The notes below the pieces were generated by a model. The model worked only from the letters and a program-made list of their open reading frames with translations. It had not been told where the DNA came from and did not search any database. A program made the translations under genes and the position numbers. This document shows positions 39,430 through 54,042 of a stretch of 64,000 bases of DNA, one piece after another (the first letter of the stretch is position 1; every line of letters begins with the position of its first letter). Source of the DNA: Octopus sinensis (taxonomy: Eukaryota); NCBI RefSeq assembly GCF_006345805.1, contig NC_042998.1, forward strand, positions 110,112,001 through 110,176,000, written 5' to 3'.

Positions 39430-40240
39430 TTATCTATATCTATAAGCGTCTCTCTTTTTCTCTCTCTCTCTATATATATATACACATCTATATATCTATA
39501 TCTACATTCCACTGTCCTCTCCTCTTCTCACTCACTCAGCATATGTATGTATGTATATATATATATATATACACACACTCATATACTCACACACACACAT
39601 ACCCAGACACCCCCACTGACCGCCACTCACACACACATATATGTATATATGTATGATAGTATCAACGCTATGCCTGTACTTATAGTATTCATAGTGGAAC
39701 ACTTTACCGATTAGAGAATGAATATTCCCATTTCATTAATGTATAAGTTATTATACGATCGTCTCAACAGTGCCATGAACAAAGCGAAATGGTATCAATG
39801 TTTGATTCTCATTAAGTAATTATAGATTTTCTTTAAAGTAAACTGAATGGACGAATGGTTGTTTGATTTGATTAGTAAATGAAAGGGAAAAAATACGAAA
39901 ACATATTTCATCATAGTTACATTTTATTTGTCTACGTTTTTGTTTGTTCAATCACTTAATTATTTTACATTTGTAGATCGTGAAACACGAAGATACATAA
40001 AAAAACTGATCACTTCTGTTTTCTCATCAATAAATAATTATTAATTTACTAAGAAGTTAGTTGATTACCCAACCAGCATAATTGTTCTCTTATGTACGTA
40101 TGTATATATGGATGTATGGACGTATAATATTGTGTGGTGTGTATATAACAGTGTATGTGTGTGTATACATATATATATATATACATACATATAACTATGT
40201 ATATATACATATATGTATGTGTATATATGTGTATATACAC

Positions 40241-40274
<34 letters not shown>

Positions 40275-40308
40275 ATATGTATCTATATATATATATATAT
40301 GCATATGC

Positions 40309-40361
<53 letters not shown>

Positions 40362-40379
40362 TATTTATATATACATACA

Positions 40380-40662
<283 letters not shown>

Positions 40663-41399
40663 ACACACACACACAAATACACACGCGCACACACACACGC
40701 ACACACACATACACACACATACATATATATATATACAGAAAACTAAGAGATCCACTTAGTTTGATATGTGTCAACGCATGAAACTCTCAACCCTTGACTC
40801 ACTCTGTTGCTTCTACTAAATGTATATATTAAATATAACAGTTTGGGTATGAAATACAAAATATGTATATAGTTATATATGCAAAACGATAGAAAGCAAA
40901 AAGTGGATACTTTAAGAGGATGAATTTTTAAATATAAATATATATTTGTATTAATAGGTCCAATTTACAGAGTGCAAACAACATTTCTCTTTGTGTGTGT
41001 GTCTATGTGTGTGTATATGTGTGCGCGTCTCAGTATCTCAGTATCTGTATGTGTGTCTGTGTGAGTCTTTGTGTGTCTGTGTGTCTCTGTGTATATAAAT
41101 AGATAGATAGGTAAATAGATAAATATATATATATATATATAAGCAGAAACAGAGACCAAGATGAGGAATTGGGAAACTCAATACATAAAACAGTGTATAA
41201 AATTGTGCTATTTAATGCAGAATTACATGATTGGCTCAAAGACCTACAGATTCGTTTTAAACCATTCAGCAAACTCTTGTACAGCTGCGCAACTCTAAAT
41301 TTAGTGTTACTTAGGATTAAAAACGTACAAGTGGTGCCTATATATATGTATATAATCCCAAGACAGCTTTTTTCCTTTCTCAGTTTTTTTTTTCATTTA

Positions 41400-41540
41400 T
41401 GGTTCTTTCTCCTTTTTCTTCTCTTCTCAAACCTTTCTGCCGATGTGCTTAGGCTCGAAACATCAAAACGGTTTCCATTCTGCCCATGCAGTAATCTAAT
41501 TCACCTGTCTTCATCTTATGTCTTCAATAAATTTGAACTA
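41400..41540 (+). mobile_element. Degenerate family H1 element (hammerhead remnant 41433-41468)
   Basis: CTTT-CTGCCGA-T-GTGC-TTAG-GCTC-GAAA-CA-TC-AAAA, followed by an H1-like CTAAT.CACCTGTCTTC.TC. Confidence 0.5.
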
Positions 41541-41650
41541 TATATGTGTGTGTGTATGAATGTATATGTGTATGTATGTATGTATGTATGTATGTATGTA
41601 TGTATGTATGTATGTATGTATGTATGTATGTATGCATGTATGTATGTATA

Positions 41651-42300
41651 TTGTCAGGTCACTTTTGAGTACTACTGGTAACATGTAACCCAGTACAACC
41701 TGTTGCATGGTCGGGCCGTCGGCGACTAAACCGGCAACTCCACCAAGCTTGCTTGGTGAGGTGGGTGTTTATTGGACACCCTGCGGGATGAAAAACAAAA
41801 CTCGTCAAAGGGCGGAGGAACTCTTAAGAGTCAACGGCCATCCAATAAGTGTCTTAAGGCTGTATCATGCGCGGGGACATAGAAATAATCGGACTGAATA
41901 CCCGATCGCGCGGTTAAGCCATTGGGAGTGAAGGACTCCTAGCCTTTGTTAGGGCATCCTTCTAGGAGAAGGTAACTCAGGTAACTGGGATAACTTCGAC
42001 ATAAAAACCTGCGGCTCAGTGGTTACCGATGATGTTGACTTTTTCTTCTTTTCGGATTATGGCTGCTGTTGCTTAGTGAGTGGGATTGACTCAGTGCACA
42101 GCCTTTCCTCACTTAAAAAATCTTCTTGTACAGGCATTGCACGATAACAACATTGTTCATGATTGTTGATAGTGCTGTGAGGCTCAACTGAATGGCTGTC
42201 TGTAGCCTTAAAAAGCAAGTAAAAGTCACATTTGATCACAGCACCAATAACAGTTAAGCTTCGTGCAATGGCCATACTCGATAACGAGGGGGCAGCGATC
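41651..42300 (+). mobile_element. GC-richer non-coding retroelement fragment resembling an RTE-clade 5' UTR
   Basis: Sharp insertion within (TATG)n. Motif AGGGCATCCTTCTAGGAGAAGGTAACTC (~41951) resembles the GGGCAACC..TCTAGGAGAAGG.AAACTC block of RTE 5' UTRs (recalled, not searched). Confidence 0.5.
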
Positions 42301-42436
42301 ATGTATGTATGTATGCATGTACGTATGTACGTATACATTCTATATGTGAGTATAATGTTAATCTAATACACCGGCTTGATGTTCCTTCATCTGTCTTCGT
42401 CTCTTGCTTTCAGTAAATTTGAACTATATATATACA

Positions 42437-42605
<169 letters not shown>

Positions 42606-44691
42606 CATGTATGTATGCAAGTACGTATATATGTATAAATTCTATATGCGAGTATATTTTATTCGGAAAATGACGGTTTCTTTTGCTTTTATGTGTTTTT
42701 TTATTTTTGCCATGAATTATATAATAAAATAAAGAAAAACACCATCATAGAGCTGCATAGAAATAATGCCAACCCCAAGAGGTGATACACACACCTGATC
42801 TTGTTATGTCTAGTTGATCTGTCAGTCAGACAGAATACCACGTCTTCTCTTAGATAACTTATAAAATTACAGATATGAAAAAATAATTATATGTCGATTT
42901 GGCTACATGGAAGTCGTTTTGTAATATATTAATAGATATTTAGTTGGTGTTCCCCACATTACCATGAGAAAGCTTCAGTTGTGGCTTAATAATGGCGGTG
43001 TTTCATTTAAAATGTGTGTGTGTGTTTTTGTCATGTGATTTGGAGTTACTGAAACTGTCGTGTCTCTATTAACATCAGTGTCGTATCACGGTGCATTATA
43101 TTTTGATCAGACTATCTGAAAAGAGTAAACTAGGTGTGAAAATAATTTCCTTACACTGCATGGCGGAGACATAAGAGAAAGTTTAATCAGTTTATCATTA
43201 AGTTTATACTAAGAGGATTTAAAATATGGTGAAATAACATTTTCTAAAAGCGTTTCATTTTCAACAAAGACATTTCTTAATCGGATTTAAGAATAGAAAC
43301 CAAATATGTAATGTGACTTCTTCAGTTAAGATACTAATATGGCTCAGTTGTAGAGCATCCCACCAAAATTATATTCTAAACTATTCAATAAGCTTCTAAC
43401 TAGAAGCTAAAGCTAAGTATTAAAAAAAAGCATTTTTCAGAAATTCCGTAGTCTTCTATGAGTATTGACGAGTGATAATTAAATTTCCATTAAAAGCCGT
43501 TACAAAATTACAAAAGTCACGAATTAATTAATTAAAGGCAAAACAAAAAAGAAGAGAAATATGTAGCTAATTAAATCCTGAGAAAGAATAAAGTATACAT
43601 TCTTAACTAAGAATCAAATATGCGAAGCTGTCAATATTATGTTTCGATAACGGAATAAATCTTAAATGGTAGCGATATCATATACATGTCAACTGCGAAT
43701 GATTATGTGATGAAGGCCGGATACAAAGCTTGTTGATGGCACTAAATATCATACTTTTTAATAAATTACTCTGAAGTTAGAAACGTCAATAAACGTCATT
43801 GTGATATTCAATTTGCGATGAAATTAATTCAACGAAAATAGAATAATTATCAATTATAAAACTGTAATAGAACTAATTATATTGTGACTTCTTAAAAGTA
43901 CAAGAACTTTAATAAAACTTTACATGAATAATTGATTAAAATTAAACCTCAACACAAAATTAAATAAATCACGAATCGTTCAGTTTTTTCCGTAGTATTA
44001 TGTGAACCGTTGTGTTTCTCTTTGTTTTGATGTGAAATTCTCCAATCTTTCATCACACAGCGACAACAATAGTATACGTCCGTTGTGCACTAAGCGTAGT
44101 TTGTTCCGAAAGTAGTTGCTAACACAGTTTCGAGTGTGTGCGTTCGGTTCCACTGTGTAACTCCTTGGGTAGATGATTTCTATCATAATCGTAGGTTAAC
44201 TGATACATTGCGAGTCAAAACTGGTCGGCGGAAACTATATGAATGCGCTTCCGTCCTGTTCTGAAGTGGAATGCTTAATTGGGTACTCCGTTTTACACCA
44301 CTACCGGGCCTTCACAAGTGTTTAAGTGTTTGTTCCAAGGCGAGATTTCAGGACAAGTTTCCCTTATGGTAATAACATTATTCATTTTTCTTCATTGGAA
44401 CCATTGAAACTGTTTATGGTCACTGCACCCTTCCTTTAGAATTCAATGAAAAAAAAAATGTGGACTAGCATTACAGATTACGCAATTCTATCCGATGTCA
44501 TGCAATTGTTTTTGTCGTAAAACCCTATCGTGTTGAACTTTATAATTCTAAATTTTGAGAATAGTCAAATAAGTAGGAAAAGTCGAGTCTATCAAAGCGC
44601 ACCGTTCTCAAAATGTTTGCTGCTGGAAAAATGGAAAAAACTATAATGGTCTCTCTCTGTCCCTTCTCTCTCTTTCTCTCTCGCTCTTTCT

Positions 44692-44778
<87 letters not shown>

Positions 44779-45329
44779 CTTAACTATCTGTCTTTATCTC
44801 TCTCTCTCTCTCCCTCCCACTTACGCACAAACGTACAGATAGGCACTCACACATAGGTAATACAGTTAATTTTTTAAACACAAACTATGACCATGCACCT
44901 TTTGTACGCCAGGCGATGATGTTAACGATTACCGAAGAGTGTCTTTTGAGAAATCAAACTGTAAAACTGGATCTCATAAAAGTTTTATTGGATAAAACAC
45001 AACTATCATTCCCTTCATATCACACGAAGATTACAAATAATTTCATATTCATTCAAACACCAGCTGAGAGGCTTTCCACTACTATCTATCATACGGCAGT
45101 ATAATATTGAAATTCGTTGTTTAAGACTAAATACACATCACATTTGAATAGCAATTAACGAGAACAGATACAGTTAAGATTTATACATGGATATCATATT
45201 TTTACGAGCACCGCTTAAGACACAAAATTATCCTTCGACATTTCACAGTTGCATGGATCTGTTCATTTTTACACTCTTAGGTGTAGCTTATGGATATAGG
45301 CTCAACCGCACTGCAAGACACCGTTGGTA

Positions 45330-45387
45330 CCTGTATTTTTACTGTAACCTGGTATTTTTACTGTAACCTGGTATTTTTACTGTAACC
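45330..45387. repeat. 19-bp tandem repeat x3 inside a decayed SINE-A head
   Basis: Unit GTATTTTTACTGTAACCTG repeated. Confidence 0.8.
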
Positions 45388-47737
45388 GAGACTTTGTGAA
45401 TGAAATTTAGTGCACGGAACTTGTATGAAAGTCCGATACAGAGTCTTTCATGTTTTTATATGGGACTTAATCCCTTGAGAAACTTAGTAATATCTTTTAT
45501 ATTGCATTCACTCGTGTAAGATCTCCAATCTGGGTATATTGTTCTTCCTTCCCTTTAAAAGTATCGGAAGTGAAACATCAGGAGTGCTGTCTCTTCTCCT
45601 CTAACTGTGCCAGTAAAATAAGAAGAAACAGAAAACCAATTTTAATGTTTATCACAATTTAAAAAACATTCCAATGCTTTCCAGAAAGATATCAATATCA
45701 TAGACAAATAAGCGGGTTTAACTTTACATTTCCATACCACATAATACAATTTAAGGACCGATATGCGAAAAGAAGGAATCGTCACTACTGGAGCTCCTTT
45801 GATGATGGGTTTGCAGCATCAAGGTTGGCCTGGGCTGAATACCAATTACACACATAATACCAATTAATCAATCATCTCTGTCATATATACAGATAATCTA
45901 AATTCAACCATTAAATTTCAAAGTTCAGGTTTATTCAATATGCTTAATCTTTAGAATAATGCATTAGAAATTTTAGATAAATACATACATACATACATAT
46001 ATACATACATACATGCATGTATACATACATACATGCATACATACATACATACATATATACATACATACATACATACATACATACATACATACATACATAC
46101 ATACATACATGTATACATACACACATACACACACACATGTATGTATGCAATGTGTATGTATGTAGGTAGGTAGCTACGCGTGTGATTAACTATATATATA
46201 TGTGTATGTGTATACATGTGTGTGTGTCTGTGTGCATGTATGTGTGTGTGGAAGACAACATAGGGACCTTTATGTCATAATACTTTCTAATTTCGACTGT
46301 TATCCAAGTCAAGTTCGCCTTTCAGTATATTTTAAGGATACTTTATACTTAACCACGTGTATTAATGTTCTTGGGTCTATAAAATTTTCTAATAACTTCT
46401 TGTATTCTAGATGTTGTAATAGTCAGTGGCATTAGCTATTGATACAATGAAGTACCGGTTGGATTCCAAAATGGATTAAAACGACTCAAACGACTCTTAA
46501 CATATGACGAAGGGGCTAAAATGGTTGAGCATTTAACAAGATGCCTTTAGACTTTGGGATACGTCTACTTATGCGTCGAAATCACTTTGCTTTCCATCTA
46601 TCAATAGAAGACTTAATAACGCACAATGATTAACCCGGTCGCTCGACCTGCTAGAAATAGCGGCGGAATCTCCTTCAAAGTGCAACCAACCATATTAAAA
46701 GATGGCAACACTGGAAAATCTAATCTGGCATGATTGTTAAAGCTAGAATGATTTCTTTCACAGGTGGCCTCATTTGGGGCTGAGCTGTTGGGAAAAACAA
46801 AAAACTACAACAATATCCGTGGCAACACTATTAACAACATTAATTAGCTATATGAAGACGATAAATAAATATCAATGACACAATTTATATATTAACAGAA
46901 TTTTAGCAAGAGATTACCTATCTTTAAAAAATTGGTCATATAGTTTGTCGTGCAACGTCTATTGACTATGTCTAATATAAGTAGTAATCTACCATAAGCT
47001 TGGACAGCAGGAAAAATTGATTATCTTTATGCAAAAACATTGCCACTTACTTCTTTCCACTACTATACTGCAAAATTCAACATCGATTCCATCTATTTAA
47101 ATTTTGTAATTGTAAAGGGTTTCCACAATCATCTAGCAACATCTTAAAAACTGACCCCTAAATTGTTTTTTTTTTCTTTTAGATGACCAACAATGTGTTC
47201 AATACAAAAGAAATTTCAAAAAATAAAACTCAAAGATAATCAGATACGCTGCTAGTCATATCATATCATCCAGCATCAATGTCAATCCATTTATATGTTT
47301 CTTTGTATAATTCGTAGCCTTAATGCAGATCACATTCTTTAAAGCATTATATAAAATCAATTAATAAATATGTCTTCAGATTACAAATAGTTTGAAGCAA
47401 GCAACATTACCGGCCATGAAATCAATGTAATTCCCAACAGATTTTAGGACAATTGTAAAAATTATGAAAAAAAAAAAAAATAAAGAATACCTTCAGCAGA
47501 TGGGAAATTCAAGAAGCAGTCCTTGAACGAATCGGATCTAACAAACATCAAAGAAGATAACTAGATATGAAGTAGGACGAAGAGAACCAAGGACATTTAT
47601 CAAAGGTTACGACAACACTTGGGCACAATATAAAAAAACTGATTAATGTCCATAGGGTGTACTCATGTACTGTATTGCAACATTTAGAAAAAGAATAGTC
47701 ATATAGAAGGATGTATAAACGTATACACACACGCACG

Positions 47738-47809
<72 letters not shown>

Positions 47810-48301
47810 TATAAAGGGTGTCTGGAGAATTTATATGGTGTATGACATTATACACAACATATTTTTATCAACTTTATTTTTGAAATGTATACCTCAGGCC
47901 ACTCAGGTATTTTTCTAAGTTCAATAACAATAAGTAATTCAAATTACGTAGGCCACAAATGCTTTCTAATAATTATCGTTTATCACGCCTTCTTCAGATA
48001 AGGTAGAACTGTTGACGCCTATTGAATTAGAAACATGTCTACAGGTGTCCTCTTGATTCTAGATAATCAGAATTTATTTTCTTTAATACCAATTCTTGAT
48101 TCTTGATATTATCTTCCCTTCTTATTTGGAATTAGCATCAGGGAATTATTTTACTTTCTCACCAACAGGAAATAATTTCAATGAGTCGAGAATTACTTTA
48201 TTACGGCTTATAATGTGACTTGATTTGTTTTCTGTCTACATACATTGACTACTCTGCGTTAATTGTATTTATGTATGTATGTATGTATGTATGTATGTAT
48301 G

Positions 48302-48332
<31 letters not shown>

Positions 48333-48639
48333 GTATGTATGTATGTATGTATGTATGCATGTATGTATGTATGTGTGTATGTAAGTATGTATGTATATAT
48401 ATGTATATATGTATGTATGTATGTATGTATATCTACACACACGCTAACACACACACATACACTGATACATTTACACACACATACCTAACAGCTAGCAGAT
48501 GACATCAGTTCTTACCCATACGCCACCTTACACGCGTACCGATACATAGCACATCCACGCACTCTTACAGCTAGTATATAAGCACACAATCACTGGCTCA
48601 CGTCCTTTAAAAGATCAGCGGTTTCACTACTTAGATAGG

Positions 48640-49800
48640 GAGTAGGGGTAATTGCATGGACAGTAGACGAACTAAACAGCTTAGACAGAAACACAAGGAA
48701 CTAGATATAGGATACCCTACATAACTAGATATAGGATACCCTACCCAAAAAGTGACACAGACAGACTGTATGTACCAAGACAATGAGGTGGAAGTGGACT
48801 GATTGGATGCTAACATAGCATTAGAGCAGAAGAAAACAATATAGTATGGTATGTAAAAATACCACAGAACCATTATTATTGGAAGTAAGAAGGTCAGGCT
48901 TCTGAAGGATGAAAAATTGCCAAGATAGAGCACTATACAAGGAATTGAGAATGAATAAAGCAAAACATAGCTGGATAAAGAAAAGAATGCATGGGCAATT
49001 TCATAGGGATGTTGAAGATAAAACAGATAGAGAAAAAAGACGGCTATGGAGGATTAAAAGTAGTTTAAAACCGGACACGGAGGCTCTAATCTGTGCTGCC
49101 CAAGAGCAAACATTAAGAACCAATTACATCAAATAAAGAACAGACAACACATCAGACATTGAGAATTTGTGGACAAAATGGTGAAACCATATGGCATATT
49201 ACCAGTCAATGTACGCCACTAGCTCAGAAAGAATATAAAAAAAACCTCATGACAATATAGCAAGGATTGTCCACTGGACACTTTGCAACAAGCAAAAATG
49301 TGGTACGAATATAAACCCGAAGGCATCATAGAAAATAGTAATGCAAAGATCCTATGGGATTTTATGATTCAGTGCGACCATGAGATAGAGAATAAGAAAC
49401 CAGACATAGTCTTAATTGAGAAAGAAAGCAAACGATGCTGGATCATAGATATAGCATGCCTAGCTGGCAACAAGGTACGCGATAAGGAAGAAAGACAAGT
49501 CGATAGACATGACAGATTAGCTTGGGATGTTAAGCAGTTGTGGTTCCTGAAAAAGGTGGCAGTAGAACCAATAACTGTCGGATCCCTGAAAACAGTGAGT
49601 AAAGATATTGAGAAGTACATGGAACAAATAGGGGCTGCAACAATGGTGGATCACTTGCAGAAAACAGCACTGCTTGCAACGGGTCGAATACTCCGGGTGC
49701 TGCTGTGAAAAATAAGGGTTGTTACCTTAGTTCACTGGTACCTAACAGCTCGCACCGTAGTACATCTACAGCGTTAGAAGCTGTGCAAAGACAATAAATG

Positions 49801-49869
<69 letters not shown>
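48640..49869 (+). mobile_element. R4/Dong-type non-LTR retrotransposon 3' fragment with restriction-like endonuclease and (TAA)n tail
   Basis: PKSDTDRLYVPR..GG.GL; MHGQF; LKPDTEALICAAQEQTLRT; ICGQNGETIWHITSQC (zinc knuckle); HDNIARIVHW; KILWDF..QCD...KPDIVLI...IIDIAC (PD..D nuclease); LQKTALL.TGRILR. 3' UTR then (TAA)n at 49801-49869. Confidence 0.9.
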
Positions 49870-49874
49870 GTGGT

Positions 49875-50068
49875 TTTAAAGCCACAGGGCCAGCAATTTG
49901 GGGGGAGGGGTGAGTCGATTATATCGACCCTAGTGTTCAACTAGTACTTAATTTATCGATCCCGAAGTGAAGAAAGGCAAAGTTGACCTCCGCAGAATCG
50001 GAATTCAGACTGCAGCGTCGGGCGAAATGTTGTTAAGCATTTCATCCAGCGTGCTAAAAATTCTGCTT
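49875..50068 (-). mobile_element. SINE family B, monomeric diverged copy
   Basis: GTCGATT...ATCGACCC.AGTG..CAACT.GTACTTAATTTATCGA.CCCGAA..GAA.GAAAGGCAAAGT.GACCTC. Confidence 0.7.
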
Positions 50069-50141
50069 CGTGGCGAATTTGTAAAGAGAATATATTTGCT
50101 TTCTCATAAAAGTAATGAAGCCCTCTGCTTTTATTCTCTCA

Positions 50142-50515
50142 CTAGCACTATGACCTGGCAACGCCGGGTCATAGTGATAGTGCATGCATATACAGCTGTG
50201 TGCGTGCGCACATACACGCGATTACTGTCCAAATTTCCGATCAATCACATACAGCTAGCCGGCATTCAATTGGCGTATCAAGTTTCGGGCATTTTGATTG
50301 GGTTTTGGATTGAAAATTCACAAAAAAGTCACTTCTATTGATTTGTTAATGGCTTTGCTGGGTGACCGGGGAAATGTAAAGATGTGCACGACCACCCTTG
50401 GACGGTTTTGAATGACTATAGAAAGTGCGAGCCTTCTAACTAAAAGATTGTGGATTTGTATAAAGGACACACACACACCCACAGACAGACATTTTGCCGT
50501 TTATACATAGAGAGA
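50142..50515 (-). mobile_element. Non-autonomous Helitron
   Basis: Minus strand starts A|TCTCTCTATGTATAAACGGCAAAATGTCTGTCTGTG and ends ...TAGTG-CTAG|T. The 3' palindrome ACTAGCACTATGACC.GGC-AAC-GCCGGGTCATAGTG.TAGT is shared with 33612-33653. Confidence 0.75.
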
Positions 50516-51221
50516 TTTCGCTATCATTTATCCTTTTAAGACTTGCAAATTTAGATAATGTGGGCATCTGTAGTGCATGTATAACGGAGCTTCGTTCTTC
50601 AAAATTCGAATTCAGCTATGTGTAGTTGGTGGGTGCTGCATATTCTTCATCTCCATAGTAGTAAGTACAAAAGCGAAAGAGATACTAGATTCCTCATCAA
50701 TAGCAACGGATATGTTCTTTTTGTTGCTTTTATTACGACAATAATGTTAAGTGGACAACTGATATATAATAAAGAGTGTAAATTTATGTATGCATGTATA
50801 ATAAATATAACTATGTCGTTTCCATATATGTCAGCTTGCACGTATATAATTTTTGTAAACTTGCGAAAATATATATCTATATATGATAACCTCTGGCTAT
50901 TTAATTCCATATATTCAAATAGAAAAAAAAAAACAATGAATAAAATATGAGGTAAGTCGCCTCTTAGTTACACAAATGTAAATAAATTTCGAATGAAGTA
51001 TATTATAAATGAATTTCTCTAGTGCGTTATCAATCTTCAAAAGCATTTAAATCTTCCAGAGCGTTTTCGTAGATAAGTGGAATGGCTTTAAGTAATAAGT
51101 AGAATGACTTTAAGTCAAATTCACTTTAGACTATTTTCTTTCCGTCTATCCGTTACCTATTTTGAAAGTTAAATTAGTAACTTTAAAAATCAGTACTGTA
51201 AATGTTGGATAAACCTTTAGG

Positions 51222-51288
<67 letters not shown>

Positions 51289-51289
51289 A

Positions 51290-51357
<68 letters not shown>

Positions 51358-51879
51358 AATCAATTTATCTAGCTAGCTATTTAGTTTTCACGAAGTATTG
51401 TCTGATATACAAAAATGTTTGTAAGTACATTTTAATATTCAAAAGTATGCAAGTTGTAAAATGTTAATTTTACAGGTCAATAGTTTGTACGTTTACCTCG
51501 TATTTCAATATTTTCGGATTTGAACTCCTTCAGAAATTTTCGGAGAAATGATGTTTTTAGTCGGCCACTTTTGTTCCGTAGTGTATATGTATGAATGATT
51601 GTTTTGCATTGCTATAGTAACCAATAATCTGTGAGCAGTTCAGATCTGTTATTAACACGTGGGTTGTATTTGTTAATTAAACTGCATTTTTCTCTTCATC
51701 TTCCCAATTTTTCTTTCTGTGGCTCAATGAAAAATTAAATAGTTTTCGTGAAAGAATCATTAGCATAGCATTAGCATAGAGGTGTCCTTTAGCAATTTTG
51801 TGTAGTTGTCTGATAGTGCTTCCGGTCTAGAACTCATTATATTTGCTGGTCCAAGCGGAACGCAGGTGTACATTTTCAT

Positions 51880-52060
51880 CTTTGATCGATCAGCTGGATA
51901 ATGTACACGTGGTGTTGTTTGTCTTGGCCTTCCTCAAGGAAGGCCCGGAGTCCGCTAATCGTATATTCATTAACTCCTTACCAATTGCATAGCAGATTAC
52001 AGTAATTGTTTCTTCCTTATGAGTGCGTATTGTCTGGTGGCTTCGTGATGTCCTGGCGTT
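51880..52060 (-). pseudogene. Possible very old Tc1 transposase N-terminal remnant
   Basis: Minus strand of 51905-51933 encodes GRPRQTTPR (Tc1 GRPR linker motif). No other motif recovered. Confidence 0.3.
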
Positions 52061-53566
52061 TCGTGAAAGAGTATGTGTAGCTACATATCAATCAGGGCTT
52101 TTCGGAATTGTATGGAATTGATATTTTTGTGTTCTGTCTCGCGGCATTTACGGCATATCCATTTAATCTTATTTCGAATATAGGCCATCTTAATTTTGAT
52201 GAACATGGATGAATTTTTATATAGAAATAGACCGCCGCATGCCATTTTCTGCAAAATTTAGTGAAGATTGATATGTTTCTTGTGCTTTTGAGTTCATAAA
52301 CATGTTACTGGGGTGTCGACTTCAGATATTCTATATTCATCGATATTGTTGAACATATTGTGTACAATATTTGTAGCAATGTAATCCTTCTGTAAATATA
52401 TCATAAACATGCTTCAACATGCCTGAACACCTGTCTATCTTCATGTTTACAGTTGCCTTAAACAAATTTCATAGAAAACAAAATGAAGAATGTATAATGA
52501 AAGTGTTTCCTGTTAAGTTATAGCAGCAGTTTAAAAGCTATGTTAATGGCATCAATCGCCCTGTACTCGTAAGATCTGTGAAAGTCATAGATACAATTTT
52601 TTCCTCCAGAGGAAACCAACAAATAGTCATATAGCATTTTCTTCCATATGTGAGAAACGTGGAACTATCATTAAAAATGCACAATACATAACACTGTAGA
52701 TGGAGCAGACCTTCTGCAACATGGTCTGTCATGAAATTATGAAAAGATATAAAATACTTCATGTGTGTGATAATGCAACAGCAAGATATTCGTTAATGAG
52801 AAATGTATATATAGAACTCATACATGATATTGGAATAATCTATATAGCCAAGAAATATTTTCTTTTGCAAGTGATAGCAATCGAAATGCGTTTCATGACA
52901 TCTTTATCCCCTTACAGGAAAAAAATCTATGAAACCTCAATCGACACATTTAGGGATTAAAAAGCATTAGATTTGTAGGATCATTAGCGCCACGAAACAT
53001 ACCGTGCAGTAATTCGTTATAGTTCTGAGTTCATATTCCACCGACTTCCGCATTGCTACTTACTATACGGGGTTGAAAAAAGAAAGTAGCGTTTCAAATG
53101 TTGTGAAATGTGTGACATTGTATCACTGTTAAAAGTTACTATTTGTCACTTGGACGAAAAAAAAAAAAAAAAGAAGGGAGAGAAAGTGGTAGGAATTAAT
53201 CTTCTTTCACCTAACAGATAGAAATATGCTTAAATCATTCTGAGAGATTTCTGTACATATTGGCCAGGTGTAGACATTGATCATAAACATATCCATTGTA
53301 TCCTGCATATGATGTCTGAAAGCGGAATCTAACTCACGACAAATACATCCAAAGAATAGAGCAAAAGAATTTTAAGAGCACTGGAACAATAACTATCAAA
53401 GGAAGATATTCTCTTTTATTCTACAATTATGGTCAATTAACAGCCTTAGAGAGATTATTATACGAAAATGCACAAAGTAAATATTGGTTAAATACAGAAC
53501 GGAAATAATTGCTACAATGATTCCTGTATAGCAGCACACGTTACTTCCACAGATTGTCTTTCTCCA

Positions 53567-53966
53567 AAGCCGGCGAGCTGGCAGAACGGTTAGCACGCCG
53601 GGCGAAATGCTTTGTGGTATTTCGTCCCCCGCTGCGTTCTGAGTTCAAATTCCGCCGAGGTCGACTTTGCCTTTCATTCTTTCGGGGTCGATTAAATAAG
53701 TACCAGTTACGCACTGGGGTCGATGTAATCGATTTAATCCGTTTGTCTGTTCTTGTTTGTCCCCTCTGTGTTTAGCCCCTTGTGGGTAGTAAAGAAATAG
53801 GTATTTCGTTTGTCTTTACGTTCTGAGTTCAAATTCCACCGAGGTCGACTTTGCCTTTCATCATTTCGGGGTCGATAAATTAAGTACGAGTTGCGTATAG
53901 GGGTCGATCTAATCGACTGTCCCCTCTCTACTAAAAACATTTCGAGCCTTGTTCCTAGAGTAAAAA
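53567..53966 (+). mobile_element. SINE family B, dimeric copy
   Basis: Two cores GTTCTGAGTTCAAATTCC.CCGAGGTCGACTTTGCCTTTCAT. 16-bp TSD AGATT(G/T)TCTTTCTCCA at 53551-53566 and 53967-53982. Confidence 0.85.
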
Positions 53967-54042
53967 AGATTTTCTTTCTCCATCATGATAAAAGGCCTAA
54001 CGTTAAAGCAGTGATATTTTTTTGTACATAACAGCAATTTTA

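Noticed and set aside
41725-41775. Twister ribozyme candidate (AACTCC...GAGGTGGG)
   Set aside because: Lacks the P4/L4 GUCCCAAGCC element needed for the two pseudoknots.
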